From Folioceros fuciformis (Eukaryota): a DNA stretch of 62,634 bases. Under the pieces are notes generated by a model. It was not told the origin of the DNA, ran no database searches, and worked only from the letters and a program-made list of their open reading frames with translations. The position numbers and the translations under genes were made by a program. The stretch covers positions 464,796 to 527,429 of the forward strand of contig JBNGIO010006249.1 in NCBI GenBank assembly GCA_049999805.1, given 5' to 3'. Below, in pieces: positions 35,562 through 46,030 of the stretch; position 1 is the stretch's first letter, and each line of letters begins with the position of its first letter.

Positions 35562-36019
35562 TCACGTCTGGCACAAGGGGGCCACACAGGGACGCTCATA
35601 GCCCACACCTCCGGTGTGTACTTTTTCGTTTGCCTCTTGTGAGGGGATACGAGACGTGTTTCCCAAGGACGCTGGCGCACAAGAAAGGGCCAGCGCTCTG
35701 TTTGTAACCTGCGGGTTCTAGCCCCCGGTCTGCAATTCCAGCTGCGGCTGGCCGTCTCTTGTATTCCCTGTCTTGGGAATTTCGGCCCTCGTATCTCCCC
35801 GTGTCGAGCAGCTGAGGACTGCACAGTTCCGTGTTTTGATTCTTCTGGGCAGGGCGTTTTTTGCTTTGTGTTCTGACGTCCGTCTTGTACTCTTGTGGTG
35901 CTACTGAGCTCGCGTGGTCGTTCCATGCTCATACAGTGGATGGTTACAAGCTGCTGTGCAAAGACAGGTGGTCGCGCCCTTACTTTTCTTCGGATGCGAA
36001 GCAACTGGCACTCTGAGAT

Positions 36020-36178
36020 GCAGATGCTGGACTGCCCTCGACTCTGAGGCTTTTGCGGGATATAGCGGAGAGCATGCACATGCAGATGCTGGACTACCTT
36101 CGACTCTGAGGCCTTTGCGGGAAACAGAGGAGAGCATGCACATGCTCTGAGGCCTTTGCGGGATACAGAGGAGAGCAC
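36020..36178. repeat. ~62-bp tandem repeat (2 full copies plus 1 partial) upstream of MetRS
   Basis: atgcagatgctggact.cc.tcgactctgaggc.tttgcggga.a.ag.ggagagcatgcac repeated. Confidence 0.85.
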
Positions 36179-36402
36179 CAGAGAAGCTGCTCACGTAACA
36201 CCCTTCAGGTGGTGGGCGGCTGATGTGACGGAAAGGAATGGTCCAGATACTTTGGTCGTCTGCCCGTCATTCCGATCTGCTCTGAACTCTTGCCACAGCA
36301 AAGACTGTTTTTGTGAGCTACTGGCTTGTTGTGCGGGCTCAGGGTTTAACCAGCCTTGTCTTATCCTGTGTTCGCTGCACAGAAGCAACAGTGCATTCGA
36401 GG

Positions 36403-38250
36403 ATGGACAAGCTCAAAATTTCGGGCGATGCGGGAGCTCAAACTCAGGTGAAGGAGCCGAAGTTGCCTATACCGGGGAAGAGGAACGTGCTAGTCACCAG
36501 CGCTCTGCCCTACGTGAACAATGTGCCTCACCTGGGGAACATAATAGGGTGCGTGCTCAGTGCGGATGTGTATGCTAGATACTGCCGTCTTCGTGGTTAC
36601 AATGTACTCTACATTTGTGGCACAGACGAATATGGCACAGCGACGGAGACAAAGGCTATGGAGGAGAATTTGACTCCCAAGGAGATTTGTGACAAGTATC
36701 ACGCGGTGCACGTGGAGGTTTACAAGTGGTTCGATATCAGTTTTGACATGTTCGGACGCACGTCAACCGAGCAGCATACCAAGATCTGCCAGGCCATCTT
36801 CAAGTCGCTGCGGGAGAAAGGGCAGCTGTTGGAGGAGAAGATGGAGCAGCCCTTCTGCACCACCTGCCAGCGCTTCCTGGCGGATAGGTTTGTGGGAGGG
36901 ACGTGTCCTACCCCTGGCTGTGGTTACGAGGACGCAAGAGGAGATCAGTGCGAAAAATGTGGCAAGCTTTTGAACCCTACAGACCTGATCAATCCGCGGT
37001 GTAGAACGTGTGGGAATCCTCCTGAAATTCGTGAAACAGAGCACCTGTTTCTCAACCTTCCTGAGATCAAGGATCAGCTGGAAGCGTACATCAACAAGAC
37101 TTCAGTGAAGGGAACTTGGAGTGAGAATTCCGTTCGCACGACGAGGGCCTGGATAAGAGATGGTCTCAAACCTCGCTGCATAACCAGAGACTTGAAGTGG
37201 GGCGTGCCTGTCCCGTGGGAGAAGTATAAGGAAAAGGTTTTCTATGTGTGGTTTGACGCACCCATTGGCTACATGTCTATCACTTCTAACTACATGGCTA
37301 AGTACGCTGCCAACGACACTATGGATGCCGATAAGTGGAAGCAGTGGTGGCAATCGCCCGACGATGTGGAGCTCGTGCAATTTATGGGAAAGGATAATGT
37401 ACCTTTCCATACTGTAATTTTCCCTAGCACCTTGCTTGGAACTGGGGAGGCCTGGACGCTTATGAGGACTATCAGTGTTACAGAATACCTCAACTATGAA
37501 TCGGGGAAGTTTTCTAAGAGCAGAGGAGTAGGGGTTTTCGGAACTGATGCGAAGATCACCGACACCCCCGTGGAAGTGTTCCGTTACTATTTGCTGACAA
37601 ATCGGCCTGAAGGGTCTGACACACTGTTTACATGGGCAGACTTCCAGGCGAAGCAGAACAACGAGCTGCTGAAAAACTTGGGCAACTTTATTCATCGGTG
37701 TTTGAGCTTCCTGGCAAAACCATCTGGCGGGGGTTATGGGTCTGTTATTCCAGAAGGAGCAGGTGCGAGCGCTCATGTCATGGAACTTACCGAAACATTT
37801 GGTACGCAGGTTTGGGAGGACGTCAAGGATTACGTCGAGAATATGGAGAAGGTGAAGCTCAAAGCTGCGTTGAAGACTGCAATGAATGTTTCATCTCATG
37901 GGAACCTGTATCTCCAGAATAGTAAATTTTGGAAGCTGTACAAGGAGGATCGTCATTCATGCGACGTTGTGATCCGGACAGCAGTGGGAACCACTGTTGT
38001 GCTGGCGACACTTCTGGAACCTTTCATGCCGTCTTTCTCTCGCAAGCTGCTTCAACAGCTAAATCTTGAAACAGCAAGTTTGTCGCTCACAGATGAAGAC
38101 GTGGCCAGAGCCAGGACACCGCGGCTGTTTGTGCGTGAAGGGCATGTAATTGGGAAGCCTGAACCCATCTTTGCCGAGATGAGCGATGAGAAGGTGGAAA
38201 AGTACAGGGTAGCATTTTCTGGTGCTCAGGCGGACAGGGCTGCCGCATGA
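36403..38250 (+). CDS. Cytosolic-type methionyl-tRNA synthetase, intronless, lacking a C-terminal tRNA-binding (EMAPII-like) extension
   Basis: TSALPYVNNVPHLGN (HIGH motif), GTDEYGTATE, Zn knuckles CTTC/CPTPGC/CEKC/CRTC, RCITRDLKWGVPVP, YVWFDAPIGY, KFSKS (KMSKS motif). Confidence 0.95.
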   Translation: MDKLKISGDAGAQTQVKEPKLPIPGKRNVLVTSALPYVNNVPHLGNIIGCVLSADVYARYCRLRGYNVLYICGTDEYGTATETKAMEENLTPKEICDKYHAVHVEVYKWFDISFDMFGRTSTEQHTKICQAIFKSLREKGQLLEEKMEQPFCTTCQRFLADRFVGGTCPTPGCGYEDARGDQCEKCGKLLNPTDLINPRCRTCGNPPEIRETEHLFLNLPEIKDQLEAYINKTSVKGTWSENSVRTTRAWIRDGLKPRCITRDLKWGVPVPWEKYKEKVFYVWFDAPIGYMSITSNYMAKYAANDTMDADKWKQWWQSPDDVELVQFMGKDNVPFHTVIFPSTLLGTGEAWTLMRTISVTEYLNYESGKFSKSRGVGVFGTDAKITDTPVEVFRYYLLTNRPEGSDTLFTWADFQAKQNNELLKNLGNFIHRCLSFLAKPSGGGYGSVIPEGAGASAHVMELTETFGTQVWEDVKDYVENMEKVKLKAALKTAMNVSSHGNLYLQNSKFWKLYKEDRHSCDVVIRTAVGTTVVLATLLEPFMPSFSRKLLQQLNLETASLSLTDEDVARARTPRLFVREGHVIGKPEPIFAEMSDEKVEKYRVAFSGAQADRAAA

Positions 38251-39018
38251 AAATATGCGTAGTCAGTGACCGTGGGTAGTGTGCATAGTAGAGTGACTTG
38301 GACAGGCGCCCTGAGGGATAGGATGGTATTACTCTATTCAGAAGTAGGACTTGAGTAGGCTAGAGTCCTGCTTCAACTCCGGACACGAGTCTTACTCGAA
38401 CTGTATGTTGGTTGTGTTCGGCGGAGGTGAGAGCCTTGTTTGGTACATCCCCCGTCAGTTCCTCCGTCCGTGTACATCTATCGACTTGCTGTCGATGACT
38501 GCTTGTCTCGCGTGAAACTCCGGATTACAGGTGAGTGCTATGGCACCGTGGTGATCACATTACAATGGTATCTTCTGAGCTTTGTCGCAACAAAGATCCG
38601 GGAATCACTCCCGTCACTCGTTCCTTCCTCCACAGGCCTCGCTAAATGGTTTTAGTTTGAAAGCCATGTATTCCTCAGGATAGTTTGCACTTTAGAAAAG
38701 TATCAGTAGACCCTTATACGGCATCCCAATCCGGACGTAAGAGGAATTTGAATAGTTTTGATGGCATCGTTCCCAGAAACGTTGCAACCATGCCGACCTA
38801 GCCGATGGCTCCTTCCAGTCTCAAAGGAATTTTCTTCCCCTTCTTCTTCTTGGCTGTATGCTGTATCTACGACGGTGTGCCATGGCCCTTCCTGATCAGG
38901 ATATTGCTGGTGGGTTAAGTAACCCTGGAACGCTTTAGTCCATGTATGCGAGTCAGAGTCGAACTGGGGAAGTGTGGAAGCGGCAGAATTGAGGGAAGAA
39001 CTAAGATTTTGAGGAAAG

Positions 39019-40398
39019 ATGAGCGGCGTCCCGGTCGATGATGAGGACGAGGAGGCCACGGGCTGCGATGAGGAGAGTCTGGCAGGGGGGAAGAAGGGCG
39101 TGGTGAGTTTTGCTGAGATCGGGGTTTGCGATCAGCTAGTGGAGGCTTGCGCCAAGCTGGGATGGAAGGTGCCCACGCCCATCCAAGTGGATTCCATCCC
39201 TCATGCTTTGGCTGGGAGGGATTTGATAGGGCTGGCCCAGACGGGGTCCGGGAAGACGGCAGCCTTCGCGCTGCCCATTCTGCAGGCGCTGCTGGAGAAG
39301 CCGCAGCCTTTGTTTGCGTGCGTGCTGTCGCCTACCAGGGAGCTGGCCATTCAGATTGCGGAGCAGTTCGAGGCGCTCGGGGTGGCCATAGGGCTGAAGT
39401 GCGCCGTGGTGGTGGGGGGTGTAGACATGATGGCGCAGGCCATTGCGCTCGCCAAACGACCGCATGTCGTGGTCGGGACGCCGGGAAGGATGGTGGACCA
39501 TCTCACCAACACCAAGGGGTTCAGTCTTCGGACTATGAAGTTTTTGGTGCTGGATGAGGCTGACAGGCTGCTGAATCTGGACTTCGAGAAGGATATTGAT
39601 GAGATATTGAAGGGTTTCCCCCGGGAGAGGAACACTTTCCTCTTCTCCGCCACCATGACCTCCAAGGTGGCTAAGCTGCAGAGGGCTTGCTTGAGGAACC
39701 CGGTGAAGGTGGAGGTGTCCTCTAAGTACTCCACGGTGGACACGTTGAAGCAGGAGTATCTCCTGGTGCCTGCCAAGCAGAAGGACGCATTTCTTGTTTA
39801 TATCTTGAACGAGATGCCTGGGAAGTCCATCATGGTGTTCACTAGGACGTGCGAGTCTACCAGGAAGCTGGCCTTGACGCTGCGGAATTTAGGGTTGGAG
39901 GCTATCCCTATTAGCGGGCAGATGAGCCAATCCGAGAGGATAGGTGCCTTGGATAAGTTCAAGGCAAGGGAGCGGAACATCTTGATATGCACCGATGTCG
40001 CTAGTAGGGGGCTGGATATCCCGTCCGTCGATGCTGTGTTGAATTATGACGTTCCTACGAACTCCAAGGACTATGTTCATCGTGTGGGGAGAACTGCACG
40101 CGCAGGAAGGGCGGGCCGGGCTGTAACTCTGGTCACTCAGTATGATGTGGAGCTCTATCTTCGGATTGAGAACCTTATTAAGAAGAAACTCCCCAAGTAC
40201 CCGGCAGAAACGGACGAGGCTTTGATGCTCATGGAGCGTGTGAGTGAGGCTCAGAGAATAGCAACAAACATGATGAGGGAACGGGATGCTCGCAAAAAGG
40301 GCAACAAGAGAGGACGTGGTGGCGACGATGATACTCAAGACTTCTCTGCATACAAGAAAAAAGGGAAGTCTGGATCAAAGACGGGGAAAAAGCGGTAG
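39019..40398 (+). CDS. RH10: DEAD-box RNA helicase RH10 / DDX47 / RRP3-type, intronless
   Basis: Q motif, [37 protein letters not shown], and the subfamily signatures TNTKGFSLR and KLQRACL. Confidence 0.93.
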   Translation: MSGVPVDDEDEEATGCDEESLAGGKKGVVSFAEIGVCDQLVEACAKLGWKVPTPIQVDSIPHALAGRDLIGLAQTGSGKTAAFALPILQALLEKPQPLFACVLSPTRELAIQIAEQFEALGVAIGLKCAVVVGGVDMMAQAIALAKRPHVVVGTPGRMVDHLTNTKGFSLRTMKFLVLDEADRLLNLDFEKDIDEILKGFPRERNTFLFSATMTSKVAKLQRACLRNPVKVEVSSKYSTVDTLKQEYLLVPAKQKDAFLVYILNEMPGKSIMVFTRTCESTRKLALTLRNLGLEAIPISGQMSQSERIGALDKFKARERNILICTDVASRGLDIPSVDAVLNYDVPTNSKDYVHRVGRTARAGRAGRAVTLVTQYDVELYLRIENLIKKKLPKYPAETDEALMLMERVSEAQRIATNMMRERDARKKGNKRGRGGDDDTQDFSAYKKKGKSGSKTGKKR

Positions 40399-41205
40399 CA
40401 TGCTTTTGCATTCTTCACTTTGGAGTTCCTCAATTCGTTGTGTTGTAGAGATTTGGACGGCCTCAGCTCTTCTATCCTTACAGGCAGCAAACTCTCTATG
40501 GAGCCTTTGGAGGTCAAGCCGGAAGCACACGGGTTTATCAACTGTACTTTCGGCGTTGAGTGCCTTCATTTCAATTTTGTAGCGTGTTAGTGAAACATTG
40601 AACGAATGCGGCATCCTTTCTTCGAGACTATCTCTGTCCAAACAGGCGACCCGGGCTTCGGTCATCACCACACTGCTTTCCAGTTCATTGTTGCACTCTC
40701 ATTCACGAAGTGCATTGTAAATTGCTATGCATCTTTATGGGTCTTTTTTGGTGGGTAGTGGATGGTGGGATCAACATTATTATGGTTGGCGTAGAGTGTT
40801 GGAGACCAAAGTTGCTACTGCGGTGCACCAGTCCCTGCTGTTCATTGCAAAGTCAGGTGCGTGGAAAAGGATTGATATGGTTAGGTTATGTCTTCTCGTA
40901 CATGTACTGAGTTTTCAAAACTTTATCAGAAAAAAAAATCCGTCTACATATCTAGCTTTACAATCGTTTAGACCACTGTCCACCAATGCGTCTTACTGCT
41001 CCCCTTCTGGACCCAACTTAAGACGTCACAAGGCTCTAGGAAATCCTACCTTAACACGTCCTCATCATTCGGCTATGGAAAATCTTCAAAGCTGCTTTAC
41101 GGGGAGGAACGCTATCCTGTGTCCGCAACAAGGGTAAAAGAGACAAACCGAACGCAGAGGCAAATGGAAGCAAAACCAATCTAAATGTACAGATGCGCAT
41201 CAAAA

Positions 41206-42812
41206 CTACTGTCTTTGACCCTTATTGAGTCGTTTGCAGATAGCAATCACTTCCTCCACTGGAGCCCAGTCACCAAAAGTCCTCTCTACGAACTGGTATG
41301 CAACTCCACCCTTCCCCGATCTGACGATGTAGAGACCACCCTTGATGGTACCTTCACCTTTCAGATTGTATTCGATGCCAGGCGTAGCGCTGGCGCGCTT
41401 GAAATTCTTCTTGGCTAAGGGGTTGAGCAGGAAACCGACGATGAGACTGTCCTTCAGCAGCTTTCCACCACCCAGCGCCTTGAAAAGCTCTCTGTCAGGG
41501 TCGGCCACAACCTGTCCGCCCCAGTATCTAGGCCAGAATGCCTTCACCTGGGCAACACAGTTCTGCTTCAGACACTACTGTAGTTCATCAAATTCGATCA
41601 CGCGGGATGTGATATGATGGAACACAAGTGGGGGTTAGGGTAGAGTGAATATCAGAACCTCGGGGTCAATATACTCGTTGAGAACAGCCACGAGCTGAAC
41701 ATTCAATGCATCGAAAATTGGCTTGTTGGAGTAGAGTTGGTGAGCCTCTGCCCGACACATAACGCACCTGCGCAACATCCGGGGCCGATCGAACAATACG
41801 CATGGCTGAGGGGCTAGCTGAATACATTGTTAGCAACTAGGGAGACTGAGCTGCCATGCGGATTGAAACCACAATGAGTGGAAAAGGGAGCAAGAAGGGA
41901 TCACTCACCCCGGCCTTCGCAGGCAGTACAGTATGGTTGTTTGGTCTTTCCACAGATCTGCCGCTCTGGATTTTGGAGGAGGTTGGAGAGAGCCATTTTG
42001 CTTCCAAGGATCCAGCCCAACCTTATGTTCCGGCAACAGCTTTATCACTTGTGCCTGCTCCAGAACAGCTAAAGGAGTGACATCCTCAACCACCGGGGGC
42101 GGTTTAATCAAGCCACAAGCCCTGGAAGGGGCGGGAACAGAGGCCACAATTCCCTTGAACTCTGCAGGTTCCTCTTTACGTGCTGAGTCCGCAAAACCGT
42201 CTAGAGCATGCTCTGTGGTAATTTCCTTCGGTTCGTCGTACGCCGGCTTCGGTGCCTCTGCCTTCTCCGTCTTCGTCAGGTCCTTGGGCAAGACGATACC
42301 ACACGCCGCGCCCCTGTCTGTGAACCTGGCTACATGCCCCCGCTTCATCCCGTACTCAGCCACCAGAGCGGCTGGAGACACGTTGAGCAGCTCGGCGATT
42401 GACTTTCCCGACGCCTCCAACTTCTCTGCATACTCTAGCAGAGCCCGATTGTGAAGATACGTGCGGATGTCCAGAGAATCCTGTCATATCAGCGCCACAA
42501 CACCCAGAGGACTGTGAATAGCAAGTACCCCCAAGCACCCTGGTTGTGATCCGCTATCTGTCCTGTTCGCGAGGTGCCAAACGAGTGCAGAACACGCCAA
42601 GCAGCCAGCAATTTCTCAACAACATTGCCAGAGATGGCGCACAGGAACGTAAAACGCACCCTCTGCTCCTGCGTGAGCTGCAACGCATCCATGTCGGAGG
42701 AATTCATGACCTTGATCGTGGGAACGTCGTCCCATCCTTCCGCCACCAGCTTATCCAGGATCGGGAACAGAGGCCCATTCCCCACAAACTCATCCAAAGC
42801 GAAGGACGCCAT
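41206..42812 (-). CDS. Peroxiredoxin-like 2A (AhpC/TSA-type, PRXL2A/FAM213-like) protein with N-terminal helical extension; 4 exons
   Basis: Exons 42812-42660, 42480-41909, 41767-41659 and 41547-41206 give LRRPG|CVMCRAEA (CxxC), FWPRYWGG, NLKGEGTIKGG, ERTFGDWAP. Confidence 0.88.
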
Positions 42813-43784
42813 AGCCGGGCGGCGGGCACCTGAACCTCAGAAACTGATGCAGACCACAAACCCGCTGACCCCAAGTTGGGTCGCACAAGGCTTGTAAGAA
42901 GATATCCCTGGAGAAGGCACCATCCTGGAGGTGATACCTGTGCCGGTTACCAGCTGCAAGAGGCAGCCGTTTCTATAAATCTTTTTGCCAGTGAGCACTC
43001 ATGCGCTGTCATCAGGCACAGACGATGTCAAAGATAGATCGCCTCCCTGAAACTCGCCACGACAAGCTCACAACAGCACCGCTTTAATAGGACGGCTTCA
43101 GTATGTACACGCGTGTACGTATCTCGTCCTTTGGCGAGATGGTGCTACCCATTCCGCGTGTGCTCGGCCGATGACGTACCCTGTGTAGCTGCCAGATCTT
43201 GCGAGAAGAAGTCAACAGGAACAGATCTGGCAGACTTGCATCCATCGTTAGGGATAGATCTGCAAATGCTCGGTGTATGCAGCGGGAGAGAATGAGGTAG
43301 GTAAACGAATATCCATGCAAGCTAAAGAAACGAACATGGAGCCCAAAAAAAACCGATTGGCACACGAGACTGCGGAAAGAGCTCGAACAAAAATTCCGAT
43401 GAACAAGAGGGAGCACAGAAAAGCTGCCTAAAGAGCAGGGAGGCAGCGCTCTAGCTAGGAGACCTGACCACCCTATCCTGAGCATGGGAAAGAAATATTG
43501 CTGCCGTCACTGATTATGTGACTAATTTAGCCTGGCCTTGAGAGAGCCACATGCTGCCTACCAGATCTGAGTTTCCTACGCATGCTGAATTCTGTCATGT
43601 TGCGCTAACCAGGCTGTGTGATCACTGCCTCTTGTTCAGCCTGGCTGAGAGGAAGGAAGCAGCAACAAGATCAGAGAACGGGATCACATGCAAGCGAAAC
43701 AACAGACAATCAACCAAACCGCAGATCGCGAGAAGGAAGGCTTGGGGAGAGGAGGACAACCTACCGTGAGCAGCAGCTGGCGCA

Positions 43785-43991
43785 TTAAGCGCCGACGATG
43801 ATGTTCTTGATCGGGATGAAGATCAGCTTGACGAAGAAGCCGATAAATCCCATCACCACAAACCCTACAGCAGTCCTGCCGGCCACCTTGGAAAACTCCT
43901 TACGATCTGGCTTGTGGCAGCGCTTCACCAGCCGCACGCTGTCCTTGGCGAATTCCTTCACCGGCCTGACCATCGAATCGACCGTGTCCAT
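43785..43991 (-). CDS. SEC61G: Protein transport protein Sec61 subunit gamma, intronless
   Basis: [43 protein letters not shown]. Confidence 0.97.
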   Translation of the reverse strand: MDTVDSMVRPVKEFAKDSVRLVKRCHKPDRKEFSKVAGRTAVGFVVMGFIGFFVKLIFIPIKNIIVGA

Positions 43992-44294
43992 GGCTGCTTG
44001 CTCAGAGGCGCGGAGGATCGTGAAGGAAGATGGAAAGCGGGGGGCTCCTCGTCGTTACGCGGTAAGGATAGTGAGCGACGTCACAAAAGCACAGCAGTCG
44101 TGAGGGATAGTTTGACTAGTAGCCCTTACACTCGACTGCCTAGATACATATATAGAAGAATGTCCTTCACTTCTCTTTCGATACACATATTCTAATTTGA
44201 AGAAGAATACACTTTACCCACAAGTATATCGAGAAAGCAAACGAAACGAAGATTACCAGATCATTTGCACTCGTGAGAAGCCGAGCTTGAAAGC

Positions 44295-44846
44295 TTGGCG
44301 ATGGCGGCCGCGGGGCGCTTGGCAGCGAGAAAGTGGGCGGTAGGATTGAGCGAGGGCGTGCCTGCGGCGACGGCTCGGGAGGTGGCGGATCCGCTGGGAT
44401 TCAGCAGGTCGGGTAGCGGCGGCGGCGCGGAGCAGGATGAGGGTGGGCAGCGGCAAAAGAAGGAGTTGGACGCGTCCTGGAAGCAGCAGAAGGCCTGGGA
44501 GGCGGCCCAGGCGCCGTTGAAGAACCTCTTCATGATGGCTTTCATGATGTGGATGGCCGGCAGCACTGTGCATCTCTTCAGCATTGGGATCACCTTCTCC
44601 GCACTATGGCAGCCGATCAGCGCGCTCCAGGGCATGGGAAAGCTCTTTGAGCCTTTCAAGGACGCCAGAGTCGACACTCTGCCTCCCAAGCTCACCTTTA
44701 TCGCTTTGAATTTGGCCGGCCTCGTCCTTGGCCTGTGGAAACTCAACTCGCTCGGCCTGCTCCCCACGCACGCATCGGACTGGGTGTCTAATCTGCCGCC
44801 TCCTCCTTCAGCTGAGTTTTCCGCCGGCGGCCTCCCTCTCTACTGA
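44295..44846 (+). CDS. EMC4: ER membrane protein complex subunit 4, intronless
   Basis: KAWEAAQAPLKNLFMMAFMMWMAGSTVHLFSIGIT, WKLNSLGLLPTHASDW. Confidence 0.95.
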   Translation: MAMAAAGRLAARKWAVGLSEGVPAATAREVADPLGFSRSGSGGGAEQDEGGQRQKKELDASWKQQKAWEAAQAPLKNLFMMAFMMWMAGSTVHLFSIGITFSALWQPISALQGMGKLFEPFKDARVDTLPPKLTFIALNLAGLVLGLWKLNSLGLLPTHASDWVSNLPPPPSAEFSAGGLPLY

Positions 44847-46030
44847 CCAGGACGAAGCTGATGCCGAGCTCTGTGCTTCGCTTGCGTTGCTCTGGTCACG
44901 TGATCTTGGTTCAGAGCTCTGCTGACGTTCTCCTAACCCTAGTTCTTCATTGCAGCTTCCTGCAAATGTAATCGCCGTCTCATTCCCGATGCTCAGTGTA
45001 TAGCTACACTGCAACTCCCTGTTACCGTCACTCCAGAATGGCGTTCTCTATGGTTCGGTGGTTTGCAGCAGCGGGCCGAGCCAGCATCTCCGAATTCTCC
45101 TCTCCTCCGGTTCAGAGCAGAGCATTGCTTGCGATGTCCGGGAAGGATGTGGAAGCATGATAGGTTTTGCACGAGGAACAGGACACTGTAAAGTCCGCTG
45201 TCGATGACATTTGTAAGTGAGACTTGTCCGATGACTTAGATAAACCGGATTCAAGCGATTTTGGACCCTCCTGGTCTGTTTGGGTCCTCCAAGCCACACT
45301 GAGATCGCTAACGACAGAGGTTCCTAGTTTCGCCTCAGGAAGTGCTTTCCCACGAGGAGCCTTGATGGTCGAATGTCTCCTTCGCTAACGGAACGGGGTC
45401 TGATTCCCGTAATGTTGCCGCTCGACCTTGTTCTCTTCAGTCGAACGTCTTCCCTAGCTAGGGCTTCAGCTTCAGGAGCGGAGCGGGGCGCTAAATCCGT
45501 GGCACATGCCTACTTCCATGCGAAGTTTGAACGAGGAAAACGTGGATCTTTTGAGCGCGATTTACTAGCGGTTCTCAAGGACAGCGTCTGCGCGATGTGA
45601 GGAACTTCACAGCTTGCTGTCTCTGCATGTGGTGTGACGAAGCGGGCGCGATGGTGGACAGGAGTGCAATTGCTGGGGAAGAGTTACGTGCAGCAAGGAG
45701 GGAGAGGGGTATTGGCGGCAGAATACGATTAGTGACAGATCAGGCTTCAGAATTTGGAATGCGCACAGGCAATCAGTCAGGGATGGATTTGTCAGCAACC
45801 GCGATGCAGATCTGCGCATTCCGTGGTGGATTGAGAGCTATGGGAGGCAACCCTAACTCTGGTTCCATGTTTGTCATGGATTGTGGAGTAATATTGCGCT
45901 GGTGAGCAGGTGGTGATTTGAAATCAGCTTGGAGGCTCGGAGTGGGAGGAGTTTGAACTCAGGATTGATGATTTTGATTCCAACAGCCGGTCAGTTTTGA
46001 GGGGCACGCATGCTCGGAACGAGCACAATT

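Noticed and set aside
40375-40671. 98-aa coiled-coil-looking minus-strand ORF behind RH10
   Set aside because: Non-ATG start, overlaps the RH10 3' end, no family recognised
45150-45310. Possible C/D snoRNA upstream of SCD1
   Set aside because: Only partial C-box-like CGATGAC motifs, and no convincing terminal stem or rRNA guide recognised
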